A stretch of 55,291 bases of DNA, filler included, from Bipalium vagum (Eukaryota): NCBI GenBank assembly GCA_037834085.1. It is 3 parts of 3 records of this genome, joined end to end, with 100 filler letters (N's around TTAATTAATTAA, not from the genome) between each part and the next. Parts side by side here need not be neighbours in the genome. Positions count along the whole stretch, not along the records: positions 36,254 to 55,291 come from JBBMKC010012958.1; 2 more parts are not named here. One strand, 5' to 3'. A program made the translations under genes and the position numbers. Below, piece by piece: positions 38,275-51,477 of the stretch (positions within the stretch are counted from its first letter, which is position 1; each line of letters starts with the position of its first letter). The notes below the pieces were generated by a model. That model was given only the letters and a program-made list of their open reading frames with translations, was not told the origin of the DNA and ran no database searches.

Positions 38275-41200
38275 ATGGATGAAAATAATTTTATGTTAGT
38301 TTTCTTTGACACCTTCAGTCATGGAATAAAACCAGAAGTTTGAATGTTTTACTTTTATATTATCTATTATTTTAATTTATCAGATGCAAGTGGATTCTAT
38401 CAGGTTTTCACAACCTGTAAAAATTGGCTTAATTAGAATAATTCCTTTTGGAATAGCAATTGAGAGCGAGATTGATTCTGAAGCTCGATTAGGGTAATAT
38501 TTTATTTATTTATATTAACTTATTATTTTCAAAGAGTCACAAATCCCCAAAATTTCAATGTAAAGTTTTTTGCTCATAACCATGCAGATTCACCATCCTT
38601 TGAGAAAATCGGAGAGTAATTATTATAGTGACATTGATTTTTTATAATTATAATTAGAATGGAGTTTGACGAAAGAAATGGTGTTAATAGCATTTCATTT
38701 CCATCAATGGTACATTTAAATATTAAATATAATTATTACTTTTCTGTAGCCACTTGCATCAATGCTTGCAATCAGTGGGTGTTTTAATATGTTATCAATT
38801 GCTGTATTCGGAATAATTTCTCCACATTCAATGAATCCTATGAAAAACCCAAACCAATCTGGGCAATCTATATCATTGTTTACCATGACAGCTCCTCCTG
38901 GTTTTGGTAATAATCCACTCGGAATGAGAGGTGGTTTTTTGTAATTATTGATTAACTTCAAAATTTGGTATATCTTAGCCATTTTGGGCCAATCCAATGC
39001 TCTGAATCTTGGATCTATAAACAATCAAATAACCCCACAAACATTGAATGCAAGTCAAAACAATCAGGCTGCAGTGGCCACAAGCATGCTCATGACTTTG
39101 GCAATGGCTGCTGGACAACAGACCGTAGTCGATCCCCAGCTGACTCAAGCTTTGACACAAGTACGTTTATTATTGTGCTCGATTTGGAAATGATTTTCAC
39201 TGTCAGACCAGCGGAAATATTTCTCAGATCAAGGAAGAGCAACAGGAGAATTTGGTAAAGACGGATCATTCATTGGGTCTTTATGAAGATGGTGAAATTC
39301 AAGAAATCGACTACGAAGATGTGTCGAGCAATGAGGATTTATTGTTTGGGATGGACGATGATACAGACTACGTGACCGTATGAGATTAATTAATAGAATT
39401 TTTAAATTCGTTCATCTCTCTGCAATCTTGTATCATTTAGATGGAGTCTGAGCAAATGAACCAAGAAGGTGAGGTGGCCATTCAAAGCGTTATCAATGGT
39501 ACCACAACAACTGCGGTAAAAAAGATAAGTACAGGTTTTCCAGACCTGGATAAGAGATTAATGACAGAACGATGGCGATTTCTCCCAAAACGAATTGTTA
39601 GTCAAAGTCAATTAATTTCGGATTTGAAGATCTTACCAAACTCTACCAAAACTCTGTTTGAGGTAATGTTTCTTATCAAAGTATTGGTTATTTAATATCA
39701 ATATTAAGTCGATATTTTAAGAATAAAAATAAAAATTTAACCATTTTACATTTTTTTATTGATTTTTTGAAATTTAAGTTTTAATAGTGGTTTAATAAAG
39801 TTGCAAAAAGTGGTTATAAAAAGTACCAGCTTACCATTCGAAATCCATTTCTCAAATTTATGGATTGTAAATTTTAAGTATCTCTGTTAAAATTTTTATA
39901 AATAATAGGTAGAGGAAATCAAATATAAAAATAATCAATAACAATTTTTTATTTCGATAATAGGTGGAGTTGGAAAGGCTGTGTCGGGAAGAGAGAGAAT
40001 CAACTGGAAAGAAATCGTTGAAAGATCATTGCTTAACTGAAGGAACAGCTCATGTCAAATTAGAATTGAAATTCGAGACTCAAGCTGATCGGACTGGATC
40101 TCAGGAAGACATAGGAAATATTGTGGAAGATATTCCTGATTCCGCAGACAGACTTATAAATCTCGTGTCAACTTATGGTGAGACGAATTTGAATTCGGAG
40201 TTGGATTTTTATTGAGATCTCCGTGGAAATAGATTAATTTTTATTATTTTTGTAGATGGATTGAAGATATGGAGGAGCTACCTAAAACATTGGCCCAAGG
40301 ATTGGCTTATTTAACTTATGCTGATAAAGATACGGCCGACTGTGAGTGCCATGGACACATGTTTCTATTTGACAAGTTCAATGTTTCAGACGTTATCGAT
40401 TCTCTCATTTCATGGGTCAAAGTTGGCTTGAACAAAAAAGCAGCTTTGCAACAATCTGAAAACATGTATATTCTTCGCCATTTGAAAGCCGGAATAACAA
40501 TGGCAGGTTACATTGGCTCTCTCAATACAAATATCGCGACAAAAGTTCTGTCATCTGATCCAAATGAACTGAATGTAAGTTTTGATCTTATAAATTTCAT
40601 TTTTCCTCAAACAAACGGTTATTATCTAGAGTTATTACTTCTTTAAAATCTTATGATAATCGATATTCGTATGAAAAATCGATTTATGAAAGAGACCAAG
40701 AAATTCAATCAATTATTGTTTATTAAAGAAGACATTTTAAGATTTTTTTTGAAATAAAGTTAATTGTAATCGATTATTAACTATTTGGATTTTTGTTTTA
40801 AAAATCTCATTTGGTAAATATTTGTCATCGAGAATATCAAAAATTTATCTCCATCTTTCAAATTCCGCATAAATATTGACCAGAAATTTATCATTTTTGT
40901 CAATATTGTTCAATCAAATATTGTATCAATCAAATATATCAATCAAAATATCAATGAAATATTGTATCAATCATATTGTCAATGATTTGTTGCTGTTGGA
41001 TTTTCCAAATTTTCTTGAGTAACATTTGAAATAATTCATCAGCTGTTCTACGGATACTAGTAGGTTGGTTGAAGAAAATGTTTCTGCTAGCCATAAATCT
41101 ACACTTATTATAAATTATTATTGATGTTTAAATATTTCGATATATTTTTTATATTCTTGAGGTCATTGTTTTGAATGTTTTGAGAAATATGAGAAATAAT

Positions 41201-44200
41201 TTTGTGATTTATCTACCAGACAATCAATGATTTTTCATTTTTAAAGTAATTTCGTCATTTAAAATTAACCTAAAAAATTACCAACAAATCTACTTAAATG
41301 TTGAAACAAGAAGACATTAAAGGATGAATAATTTTGCTATCATTGTCAAAGGAATAATTTCATGCGGTGTATTGGTGATTAAGAGAAAGTCGTTGAAAAG
41401 TTCTCAATTTAAATCAAAATTTTTGATAGTGGTTAGAACGAATTTGAATTCCGAAATTCTTAACATAATCGATTTTTCATGTAATATATTTTCTAAATTT
41501 TAAGTTTAAAAATATAAGTGGTTCCGGTTTTTGAATCAAAGTGAAAGGAAAATGAATCTGCAGTTGAAATTATTTCCCGACGATGTATTTTTATCTTTTT
41601 ACATAAATATTTAGAAAAAAAATTATTAAACTTTGTATAATTTATTATCTGTTAAGGTTCAACACTCCTTGATTGATTTGTTAGAAACGAAACTAATAGC
41701 AACTCCCTTGAAGCAGCAATTGATTCGAGCACTAGATCTGTCAACTCGACTCAAAGTTGGTTTGGATTCTTTCATTGGTATAAAACGAGCAAGTAGAAAC
41801 AATGAACCACGGACACCATACCAGCGCTTGGTCTATTTCTTGGTTGATAAAAACTTTAACAAATATGTAATTTATTTCGATCCAAAATCCAATAATAATA
41901 ATTTTTAATAATAGACGGCACGAGTTAGCATGGCCTGCTGTCGATTATTAAGCAAGATTCATCTTTATGAAGTGCTACTCAATTTCGAAATTATTATCAA
42001 TAAGTATAGATATTTTTCTGTTGATTTATATAACAGTCATTATTGATTAATTTTAAACGAAACCTAATTTTTTCATTATAAAGGTTTGTCAAATTCTTAA
42101 TTTTATCGATTGAATTGGTATTGAATAACAATAACATTTTTCATGGAATTATGAATGTCTTGTGATAGTTTTTGTTTTGTAAAATCATCATTCCTAATTT
42201 TTTTCTAACGAGTTGTTCTTTTACTAAGATAATTCTGCAGTTCTATTATTCAGGGATCGGCATTATTTTGGATTAAAAGAACTATCTTGATGAATTCAAA
42301 AAAATCAAATTTTTCAATCCTGTAAAATAATGAATTTTGAATCACTTAATATCAATATAGGCTGAAATCGGAAATCTTTTCATTGCATTGGTAGTACAGA
42401 GTGTTTCATAAGTAACTGACTATTTTATTTTTTAAATATCTTTTTATAAAAATGAAAACTAAGACAGATTTTTGTCACACGTTCTTTTATTGTGTAATTT
42501 TTCATGCTGATGTTTTATGATATGATGAATATATATGATTTCAAGAATTAAATTTTTTAATAATAAATCATTCATTTAAAACATGTCAGTTATTTATGAA
42601 ACACCCTGTATATTTAAAGCAATTGTTATTGCATTATTTCTATCCCTTAGAAAAATAAAATTCAATATAATCAATTATTTTTTTTCCCAGATAATAAATA
42701 ATATAGAACATTTTTTATTCAGTTTTTCATCAAAAAATTGACACGAAGCACTTAATCATTTTTAGATTGAAAAGAAATGTGATTGACAAAAAAGAAGCCG
42801 TTAAATTGAAATATGAGGCCAACATGTTGTTGAGAGAAATCATTCGTTATTTTATTCATGCCAGCGATCTAATCGTAAGGTCTTTCTTTTTGAAAATACA
42901 GGGATCTCTAATCTTACTGACAGGCCAATCCAAGACGAATTATGTCCTGTTCCACAATATTTGACGATACCACACACAAGCCCCACAATCCATATCCAAA
43001 TCTATTGTGCATGATGGAATCGACGTTAGTTAACGATTTTTTTTCTTATTTGTAAAACGTCTTATTTTTAATCGATTTTAATGTTTTTTATTGGATTATT
43101 TATTATTGATTAGGCAGTAGAGAAATATGGTGTAATAAAAAAATCCAGCATTTTTCTCATAAAGAAACGGAACATCATTGTATTTTGACAAAAAGGTTCC
43201 AAGTTTTAAAAAGCTTGCTCAATTTGGCAGAAGTTTCATTTTAATATTAAAAATCGATAATATAATTATATTTCAATATTGTTCAAATCAAATATTTTCT
43301 CAATACCTAATTTTCAATTTATCACAGAAATATCTTGAGTAGCATCGATTGGATTCTTGCACAGGCTTCTATGGTCAATAACGAATCGGACAATCAAACC
43401 GAAGCTCAATCGAAAATTCTCACTTCGGCCGCTTTGCGATTGATTTGGGAATTTGTCCAACACCATGAGAGTCTGATTCATTTGTTGGTAGCACCGAATG
43501 GTATTACTTCGGTCATTCTGAAACGTCTGTTTGGTCTCAGTCCTGACAATGGCTGTACGGACACGGCCAGTGATCAATCATATCACCAAGAACAATGGCT
43601 CGATCTCGGATTGGAAATGGCTTTCAAATTAGAAGCTTTACGTTGTATCGACGAACTTTTGGCCTGGAGTTCTCAAAGCGGTGGCCTACCGGGTCTGGTT
43701 GACGCACCCGATCTTTTAGAAGATGCTCATTTAGCTGGTATTTTGTTGGGACTTGCCAAATTGACAGGAGAGAGACGGGGAGCGGCATGGATAGCACAAG
43801 TAATTACCATGGATGATAACTTGGCTCCTATTTTGCCTCTTTTTGAAGCTCTGGAAAAAAAGACTTTGGCAGGTATTTTTTATACAATTTTTTCTGTGCA
43901 CATTAAAATAAAAGTTGATAATAAAAGTCTATTGAAAACATCAAAAGATTTCGTAAATTATCTCGAAAATTCGTTTTTAAAATTATCAAATTTTGATTAT
44001 TTTGTATAATAGTATTTTTAATATTGATTATCGAAGTGAAAATATTTGTGTGATAATAAAGTATGGATTATCACCTTTATGGTACAATGGCTTAATTGCA
44101 ATGAAATATAATAATAATTATTATTTCCTAATTGTCAAAGGTAGCGGAATCGATTTAATATCCAAAATCTATTAATAGGGGGATTTACTATGAATTGCGA

Positions 44201-47200
44201 TTTATTTGTGAGTCTGTTATCGTTATCTGTTTACAGTGCTTAGACATTGATTTTGAATGACATTGGCGAACATAGTTTGTTTACAGTGATTTTTAATTAG
44301 AAAGTGCATCTTTAATCGTGTGATTCTTTATCGTAGCATTTATCACTTGGTATGAATACACCACCGATCCAGGTTATTGTTTATCCATGTCTCCCTTTTG
44401 TGTGTTTCAGTTCATGTTTATTTGTGTGTTACGATGTTATGTTTTTTATGATTAATTGTCATTTCAGATGATCCGTCTGAAACGGAGTCGAAGAAAGAAT
44501 CCGATTCGGTTAATGCAACTGAAAAGACTCGAGTCCCATTACCTCACTCCATTTGTTTGCATTACCTACCAAATTTGCTAACAGCTATTGTTCGGCATGC
44601 CGATAATACAGCATACCTTGGAAAATATGGAGCTCGACTGGCAACTCTGGGAAAAGATACAATCAATAGTCCGTTTGCCGAGGCTCGGGATTGGTTGCAA
44701 CCGCTTCAAGATCTCCCGAGTTCCAGTCCATTGAACCTTGAATGCGTATCTCATCTTACGGAAATTATGAAAATAGCCTTTGCAGAGCTCGATGCTGCAA
44801 TCGTTCCTCCGGCACTTGTGACAGTTTTGAGATTACTAAAATATCATATGGTGGCTCAAAACACCAATCGACCTTATTATCTTCTCGATAGTAACACCGA
44901 TACAGCTCAAGATAACTATTCATTGCCAGTCAATCAAAAAGTCAATTACATAAGATACAAATATGCTATAACAGAATTCTTTAGCAACGATGGACTAGCG
45001 GTCCTAAATAAACTGATCCAGGTATAATGTTTATTTAGTTCCGATATATATTTTTTTACCAGACGAGATTTTCTCATTTAGTAACTATGGGTAATAATAA
45101 TAAATAATGATAATAAAATTAGTTTAATTAACAATAAGTTAATTTTTATTTGAAATTAGCAAATCAGTGATCACCATCAACTGAGTTGGCAATGCGGGAT
45201 CGAACCTATTGATAATCGATATCCTTTGCTTCTTTGTGTTGGCGAGCCTTCGACAGCAATTGTTTGTGCAATTACCCAAAGACTGATTCAGTCGCGAGTC
45301 AACCAGTTCAAAGATGTTACTGGGCTGCTACCCCTGTTCTCTTGCTATACGGTATTCTGTTCCGGACTGGCGATTGGACAACGAATTTCATCGACCCGTT
45401 ATAAAAGCCAAATTGAATCAGTAAGTACCTGCCTTTATAATTAATATTTCTAATTGTTGGTTTTGCTAACAAGCAGTCAACGAATTTGTTAATATTTTCA
45501 AATCAACTCTAAAACGATTATCAGATTTTTCTTTCATATATTTAGTCCAACACGAGTTCTTTGGACACTCGTTAAAAATAATTTTAAATTGAGTGAAAAA
45601 TATGTTTATTCTATTTTAAAAATTAATAAAAATCTGATGTTATTTCAAATTTAAAATATTTCTTTTATTATTTATGTTTAAATGCACTTATCGACTTTTG
45701 TTTTCATTATCTAAAAGTATCTTGATAGAGACTTATCGAAAATGTAACAGTAGCAGAGATAAATTCAATATTAAAATTTGGATTAACTTTTATTGAATAA
45801 TAATAATAATAAAATGAATCGATAAAAATTTGATATTTAGATTTTCAAAAGAATTAATTTTTTAATCAATAGATGCGCCACTCGATTATCGATACTATTC
45901 TTATGTACACTCAATCCCAGTTACCGTTAGAAGAAAACGAGAAAGGTAATTGAAGTTTGGTACAAGAAATTTAATGACCTTAAACCGTTAGCGTTCGATA
46001 AAAGCCTATGGACTTCTATGTTAAGAGAATTGTTAAACTTTACTCAAAGTGCACCGTATGCATTTGCTGGTGGACTAACTCTGTTAATTGAACTTCTACC
46101 GTTACCCTTGCCTCTTCTTACCAATTCTCCTCTGACGGACGAGGAAGCCAAGCAAGTAAAACAATTGGTCAATAATTGTAACATAAATTTAATTCACGTT
46201 GTTTAACGATAGATTCAATCGGCAAGAACTTTATGGAGTGCTCACATTTTGTGTGTTCGACAAGAACTGAAAGACCTTGTGTTTACTATCGGTTGCTCTA
46301 GCAATTATATATTAATAGCTTTATTGAATCGACTCATAAATCTAATCAGTTCTCTCGGTCCCAGCACTGCATTGATGTTGGCTCAAAATGCCTTAGATTC
46401 TCTTATGGAGGTCTGGGATCGAGCCTGTAAAGAGATGGCGTCTCACAATGAATATGTTCAATCTCTGAAGAATGCTGATATCTCTGAAAGTGCTTCCGAT
46501 TCTTTAAATGCAAAGGATACTAACAAGTCATTGATTTTCTTATGCAGTGTTTATGTAATCCTGATTATTATTTTAAAATGAATGGAATAAATATGAATAA
46601 TTTATATGAAAATATATGAATTTGATTTTTAAAAACTGTTAACTCAGTAAGCAACAAGCTGACGAGACTAGCTCTAAAGATAGTGGAGGAATTGGTAATA
46701 ATTCGGTTACCAATTCAAGTGGGAACCAAGTCTTGCTGAGAACGGACTCGTTTTTGGGTATCGATGCTAAAATCAAACTCTACCCGGACTCGTTGGAATT
46801 GACAAGGACGTGGTCGATGCTCAAATTACTTCTAAATGTGCCAAGTTGCAAACACGCATTCCTCAAGTTGGTTGGACAACAGTAAGAGCTAATTTGTTAA
46901 CGGGAATTTTCCAAAAAAATTGACATTGATCTATCGCTGTCTCCAGACTCAGTCCCGATAATGCTGATACCGAACAGACGTATGAGAATGCCTTTTTTAA
47001 AATTGTTTCCGAATTGTTGGAAGCCAGTAAAGAAAATCACACTGCCACGCAGGAACATATGATTGTAGGATGGCGGTTCACGCTTTTTCACGGTCTCTCT
47101 CTATTTCTTTTTCATTTAGGCTTGTTTACAATTGATATTGGACGCGCGTATAACGATGTTGTCCACGGTCGAAGAGCCTTCTACTATTGACGAAGTTATT

Positions 47201-50200
47201 TTCGAGGGCAGTCAGGAATCGATAAGTTCTTCTAACCGTGTGCTGTCTCATCAAGAATTAGTAAATGGTTTGCCTTCTAATTCCCAATGTCTTATGCTGG
47301 TGGGATGGCTAGCACGTCATTGTGTCAATCCTGATCAGGACATGTCCACTATTCCTGGAGCACTGAGACCACTCGTCATATTGGCCGGGCACGATTACGG
47401 ATTCAGAATATTGCTTGAGTTGTCGATATTTTTTTCTTTCAAAAAAAATAATCTATTGATCTCTAACATGCTTTCAGAGTTCTCAACCAACAGCCTGGAA
47501 TGTTCCTCAGCCTTATAAAACGGGTTAATGAAACTTTCAGTGCCGATAACCCGGATTGTCAAGTAAGCCTGTTGACTGCACTATCATTGCTGCAGGCACT
47601 GGTTGTAAAACAAGACAATAATGATGAGCCACTATCTTGTCAACTACCGTCGCGGACTTTAAATCTCAGTGATTCGCACGTTAAGCAAATGTTGCAGTGG
47701 ACAGGCAACAAAGAAACGAACACGACACACCCGGTTGCGGAACTGCACGGTTTGTTAAAGGTCGTTTAGTCTTATTTTATTACTATTTATCATTTTTGAA
47801 AATATTTAGTCATTTCTATAAATTTTCGATTTTCAAAGAATAACCTCTTTTTATTGGATTATTAAAATTTGAACCATTTAATAAAAGTGATCTTTGATTT
47901 CGGAGGTCAAAAATGATCTTTCAAAAATTATTTTCTAATCGCTTTCATTCACTGAATAAATTGTCTTTTTTGTTACAGATTGTGTCAGAGGAAGAAGAAT
48001 CACTGCAAATCTTAAGAGATGGGATAGAGAGTTTAATCGAGTTATTGTCAAAAGACGATCTTATTGTTGGCAACACCGACGGAGTTGAAGGAACCGTTGG
48101 AAATATGCCAGTACCACAAAGTCTGGAACAGATGTTCAAAGCCCTTAGAGTGTGGCACAGAGTTCCCGATGAGGATATTGCTTTGGGTGAAGATTTTCGT
48201 GAGTGGTTGGGTTCTATCAAAGTTACGGAGAGAGAACCTCCGGAATTTTCTCGTTGTGATTTGGAGAATCTTGCCTATGTCTGTTGTAATGGTTTTAATC
48301 TTCATGACGAATTGGCTCGAGGCAGACAGCAGGACGATGAGGCCATTAGACATAAGCGCCGACGACGAGGTCATGATGCTATTATTCACACGAGTCGGTC
48401 CAGCAAGAAATTCGGTGAGCATTTTGATTTTGTGATTTTCCTGGGTTTGTGAAAGTTTGTATATGATTAGAAAAGTAGTGCTCTGAAAGGGCCTGTATAG
48501 AGAGGTCCATAAAAATGTTGCTTTTAAAAAACAAAATATTTTTATTAAAATATTATATATCATTTATGTGTCGCTAAATACTTTTTTTTAAAAACGACAT
48601 TTTTTATGAAACCCCTATATATAAAACCGATTGGTTAATTTGAAATATACCATACAGTGCTTTTCTGTATGATAAAATTTTAAACGTATATGATAAAACG
48701 TAAATTTTAGTGGCACCCATGCGAGGAAGGGGATTTGGTGTACGAAGTAATGCCTTGACGACGACAAACAACGGAGATCGCTATGACTCGTTTCGCTCAA
48801 GACCTCCAAACACCAGCAGACCACCCAGTATGCATGTCGATGATTTTCAGAAGTTACAAAAAGATGAAAAATTGGACGTAAGTATTTTTTCATTAATTTT
48901 AAAATATTTTTTATGTTTGATCACAAATAAAAAATATTTTTAACCAATAAAATTGTAATACACAGAATTTTTAATATTTGTATATCTAATTGTAATGATA
49001 ATTTTTTCAAAGATCGTTTATTCAATTTCTTCCCAATGATAAGTCCATGACACCATAATTTTTGAACAGGTTCTTCATCTTTTCGACGCACTTTAGAATT
49101 GTTCTCGGCTTGAATTTTTTTCGATAAAATAAATGATCGATTAATAAGTTAAATAAGTATGAAAATATGATAATTTCGTCATTACTGTACCCTTATTATT
49201 TGTTAATCAATAATATTATTATAGGCAACTATAAATAATGTCGTTTGTATCAGAAAATGCAAAATCTCGATCATTTTTTAAATCAATATAGGAGTAATAT
49301 CAGCTTGTTCACAAATTCTATGGCAGTGGCAACAATAGGAAGCCGTCGACGACTTTGTGTTTCCGTGTTGAAAATTCATTTTCTCAGTGTTTATTTTTAA
49401 ATATCTTAAATTTCTGGGAAAAAAATTTCTTTTTATTGAAAACTATTGTATAAGTTATCTGAAAAAAACGCCACGAAAAATCACCACTGTTTATTTTAGA
49501 TCTGGATTCCTTAAATAAGTTTCTACCACAATAATATTTGTTTTGAATTTAAAAGCGGTTTGAAATTAGTAATAATGATGATAATAGCAGCCCATTTTCT
49601 CTAAATGAAATTGCTTCGGATGGAGTACCAATAAAGATACGATTGATTATGTTTGAATCCATTCTTAAATGTTCTAGTTGTAAAAACGTATACAAAATAT
49701 TATGAAAATTTTTTTAAAAAATAAGTTTTTAAATTTTATATTTCCAAAAAATCGATTATTCGAATGTTGGTAATTACAATATTAGATATTAAGATGTTTA
49801 ATATTTATTTATTACACATTAGACGGAAAACGAAAATGAATTAAATTATACACAAATTCATTTTTAATTTATTGATTTGTTTACATTATTGATACAACGG
49901 GCTATCCTGCTACAACGATTTTTTTGGAATCGGATCTTCCATCCGATCTGTTAGATTTGCATCATTTAAGGATGTTAATGATTTTAAGATATGACTAAGC
50001 ATTCCTATGCTTGCAAATAAAAAATAACTATAGTTGTCAATAAAAAGTGGCGGTTAGTTTTTATCAATTTATTAATTAAATAGACTTTAATTAAAAAAAT
50101 AGAATATGATAAATATTTCACATACATTTATTTCATTAAAACAAATAATAAATATCAATATTTAATTTGTGGCCCATTGTTCTCAAAACAGCTGTCATAT

Positions 50201-51477
50201 CTTGTTGGCATGTTCGAATTAATAATTTCATAGTTTCAACAGAGATTCCATTCAAAATTTCTTGTATAATTATCTGTAAATGTTCCACATCTTTTGATTG
50301 TCTTTCTCGTATCTCATATTTCATTAGTTCCCAAAGATTTTCAATGAGATTGGAGTCAGCAGAGTTAATTGGCCAAGAAGATAAACGTCAATTGGTTTTC
50401 TATATATAAGGAAATTATCAAAATAATGGTCATTATAAGGTTAAATTTAAATTGATTGTGTTATTTCTTACCTAGTGTTTAAAATAACTACCTGGTATTG
50501 AAAATATTTGATTTTACAAGATTTACAAAAATAAGAAATCCGTTAATCAACTCACAATGGAAGGTATTGTAAACTATACAGAATAGTGCATGAAATCAGG
50601 TGAAAATGTTTATAAATTTTGAAAAAATTTGGAAGAACTGTGACATATTTCACTCGCTCACATTACTCAATCAATCAAACTGTAACTTCAGAAATCGTTG
50701 ATACAAGTGAAATTAGCACTTAATCATTCACATTTTCTGTCTTATTCTGAATCAACCATTCTTTTTGACAAACCATAGTGACAATTTCTTATTTTGTAAG
50801 CAGTTCCATGTCCGCATGATGTTTGACATCAAATGTAAACTACAAAACATAAAATATTCATTTTATGCTAAATAAACCCGTTGTAAAAAAATCTGACATA
50901 AATAAATATCGGGCCCAAAAAATCCATTAAAAACTCTTATAACCAAATCTGTTGTAACCGCAGTCAATTGTATGTAGACTGTTTTCTTATTTAAATTTTA
51001 AATATTGATTAAATTAGTCTAATTTTCGAGAATATTTACACAAAACAATTTATCATTTTAAAATTATAAATACTCCTGGTGTATGACAATAACTGATATT
51101 ATTGAAATTTTCATCCATCACACTGTTCTTAAAAATGTCTTTTAAACCTTTTCTATTTACACAGGAGGAAATAATGATTCGGGAAAGGAATTTGCGAAAC
51201 CTGAGAGGTAATGACTTTTCACTGATTTCCTTGTTGTTTCTACTCATAATAAAATATAACCTCAATTTTTTTGCAAAATCTCTTCAGGCGGTCTGAGGAA
51301 TATCAACCATGGATCTCGAACGTTTACCAGCATTCAGCGAAGGTATTTAGATTGGAAAATCTGTCCCTTCAATTTATTTGACATTATTTTAGTAATTCGT
51401 CCGGTGACCAGTCTCGAATGCCTCCACCGTCGAGCAACAGTAGCCGTAGCAATTCTCACATACGTCAGATAAAATAG
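38275..51477 (+). CDS. VIRMA: Protein virilizer homolog (m6A writer-associated subunit). 29 GT-AG exons: 38275-38337, 38384-38493, 38535-38615, 38658-38709, 38750-38930, 38979-39160, 39207-39377, 39441-39662, 39964-40199, 40256-40574, 41657-41866, 41915-42003, 42766-42874, 42924-43024, 43328-43872, 44468-45021, 45160-45420, 45873-45945, 45992-46155, 46213-46526, 46648-46881, 46947-47064, 47120-47418, 47478-47760, 47979-48414, 48711-48877, 51165-51207, 51288-51342, 51393-51477; about 1918 aa
   Basis: The spliced N-terminus MDENNFMLVFFDTFSH...VDSIRFSQPVKIGLIRIIPFG...RLGVTNPQNF...FEKIGEMEFDE...LAISGCFNMLSIAVFG follows the virilizer N-terminal domain pattern (FLDTFKH, IDVVRF, RVIPPG, GETSP, LEYDE, LTLAIYG). 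Also present are DYEDVSSNED, KIHLYEVL, LLPLPLP, RTLWSAH and the C-terminal APMRGRGF...FRSRPPNTSRPPSMHVDDF. All exon phases join into one open frame, with AATAAA at about 51561. The donors of exons 5, 19 and 20 and the last three exons are less certain. Confidence 0.95.
42397..42608. mobile_element. Tc1/mariner-type MITE (212 bp) in VIRMA intron 12
   Basis: 24-bp TIR cagagtgtttcataagtaactgac / gtcagttatttatgaaacaccctg (2 mismatches), TA on both sides. Confidence 0.85.
48498..48617. mobile_element. Degenerate MITE (about 120 bp) in VIRMA intron 25
   Basis: tagagaggtccataaaaatgttgcttttaaaaaa versus reverse complement taggggtttcataaaaaatgtcgtttttaaaaaa; TA flanks. Confidence 0.55.
49020..49680 (-). 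mobile_element. Possible decayed Merlin-like transposase
   Basis: MDSNIINRIFIGTPSEAISFRENGLL, VDG..YCCHC and a weak KPRTILK...QKLWCHGLI segment occur in Merlin-like order. Confidence 0.35.
50030..50400 (-). mobile_element. Tc1-like 3' fragment
   Basis: WPINSADSNLIENLWELMK (WPxNSPDLNPIENLW), with a TIR-like TA-TAGTTGTCAATAAAAAGTG at about 50030. Confidence 0.8.

Noticed and set aside
40905-40985. Degenerate atattgtatcaatcaa tandem repeat
   Set aside because: Irregular slippage-type low complexity inside a probable TE remnant.
44200-44460. Intronic snoRNA in VIRMA intron 15 (duplicated tgtttacagtg)
   Set aside because: No convincing C/D or H/ACA box arrangement or terminal stem.
48048-48563. 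171-aa antisense ORF, and similar ORFs at 43314-43577, 38716-39024 and 32366-32620
   Set aside because: Shadows of GC-richer VIRMA or UAP1 exons, with no independent motifs.
18665-51477. Non-standard genetic code or non-canonical splice sites
   Set aside because: UAP1 and VIRMA both assemble with GT-AG introns and no in-frame stops; internal stops occur only in decayed TEs.
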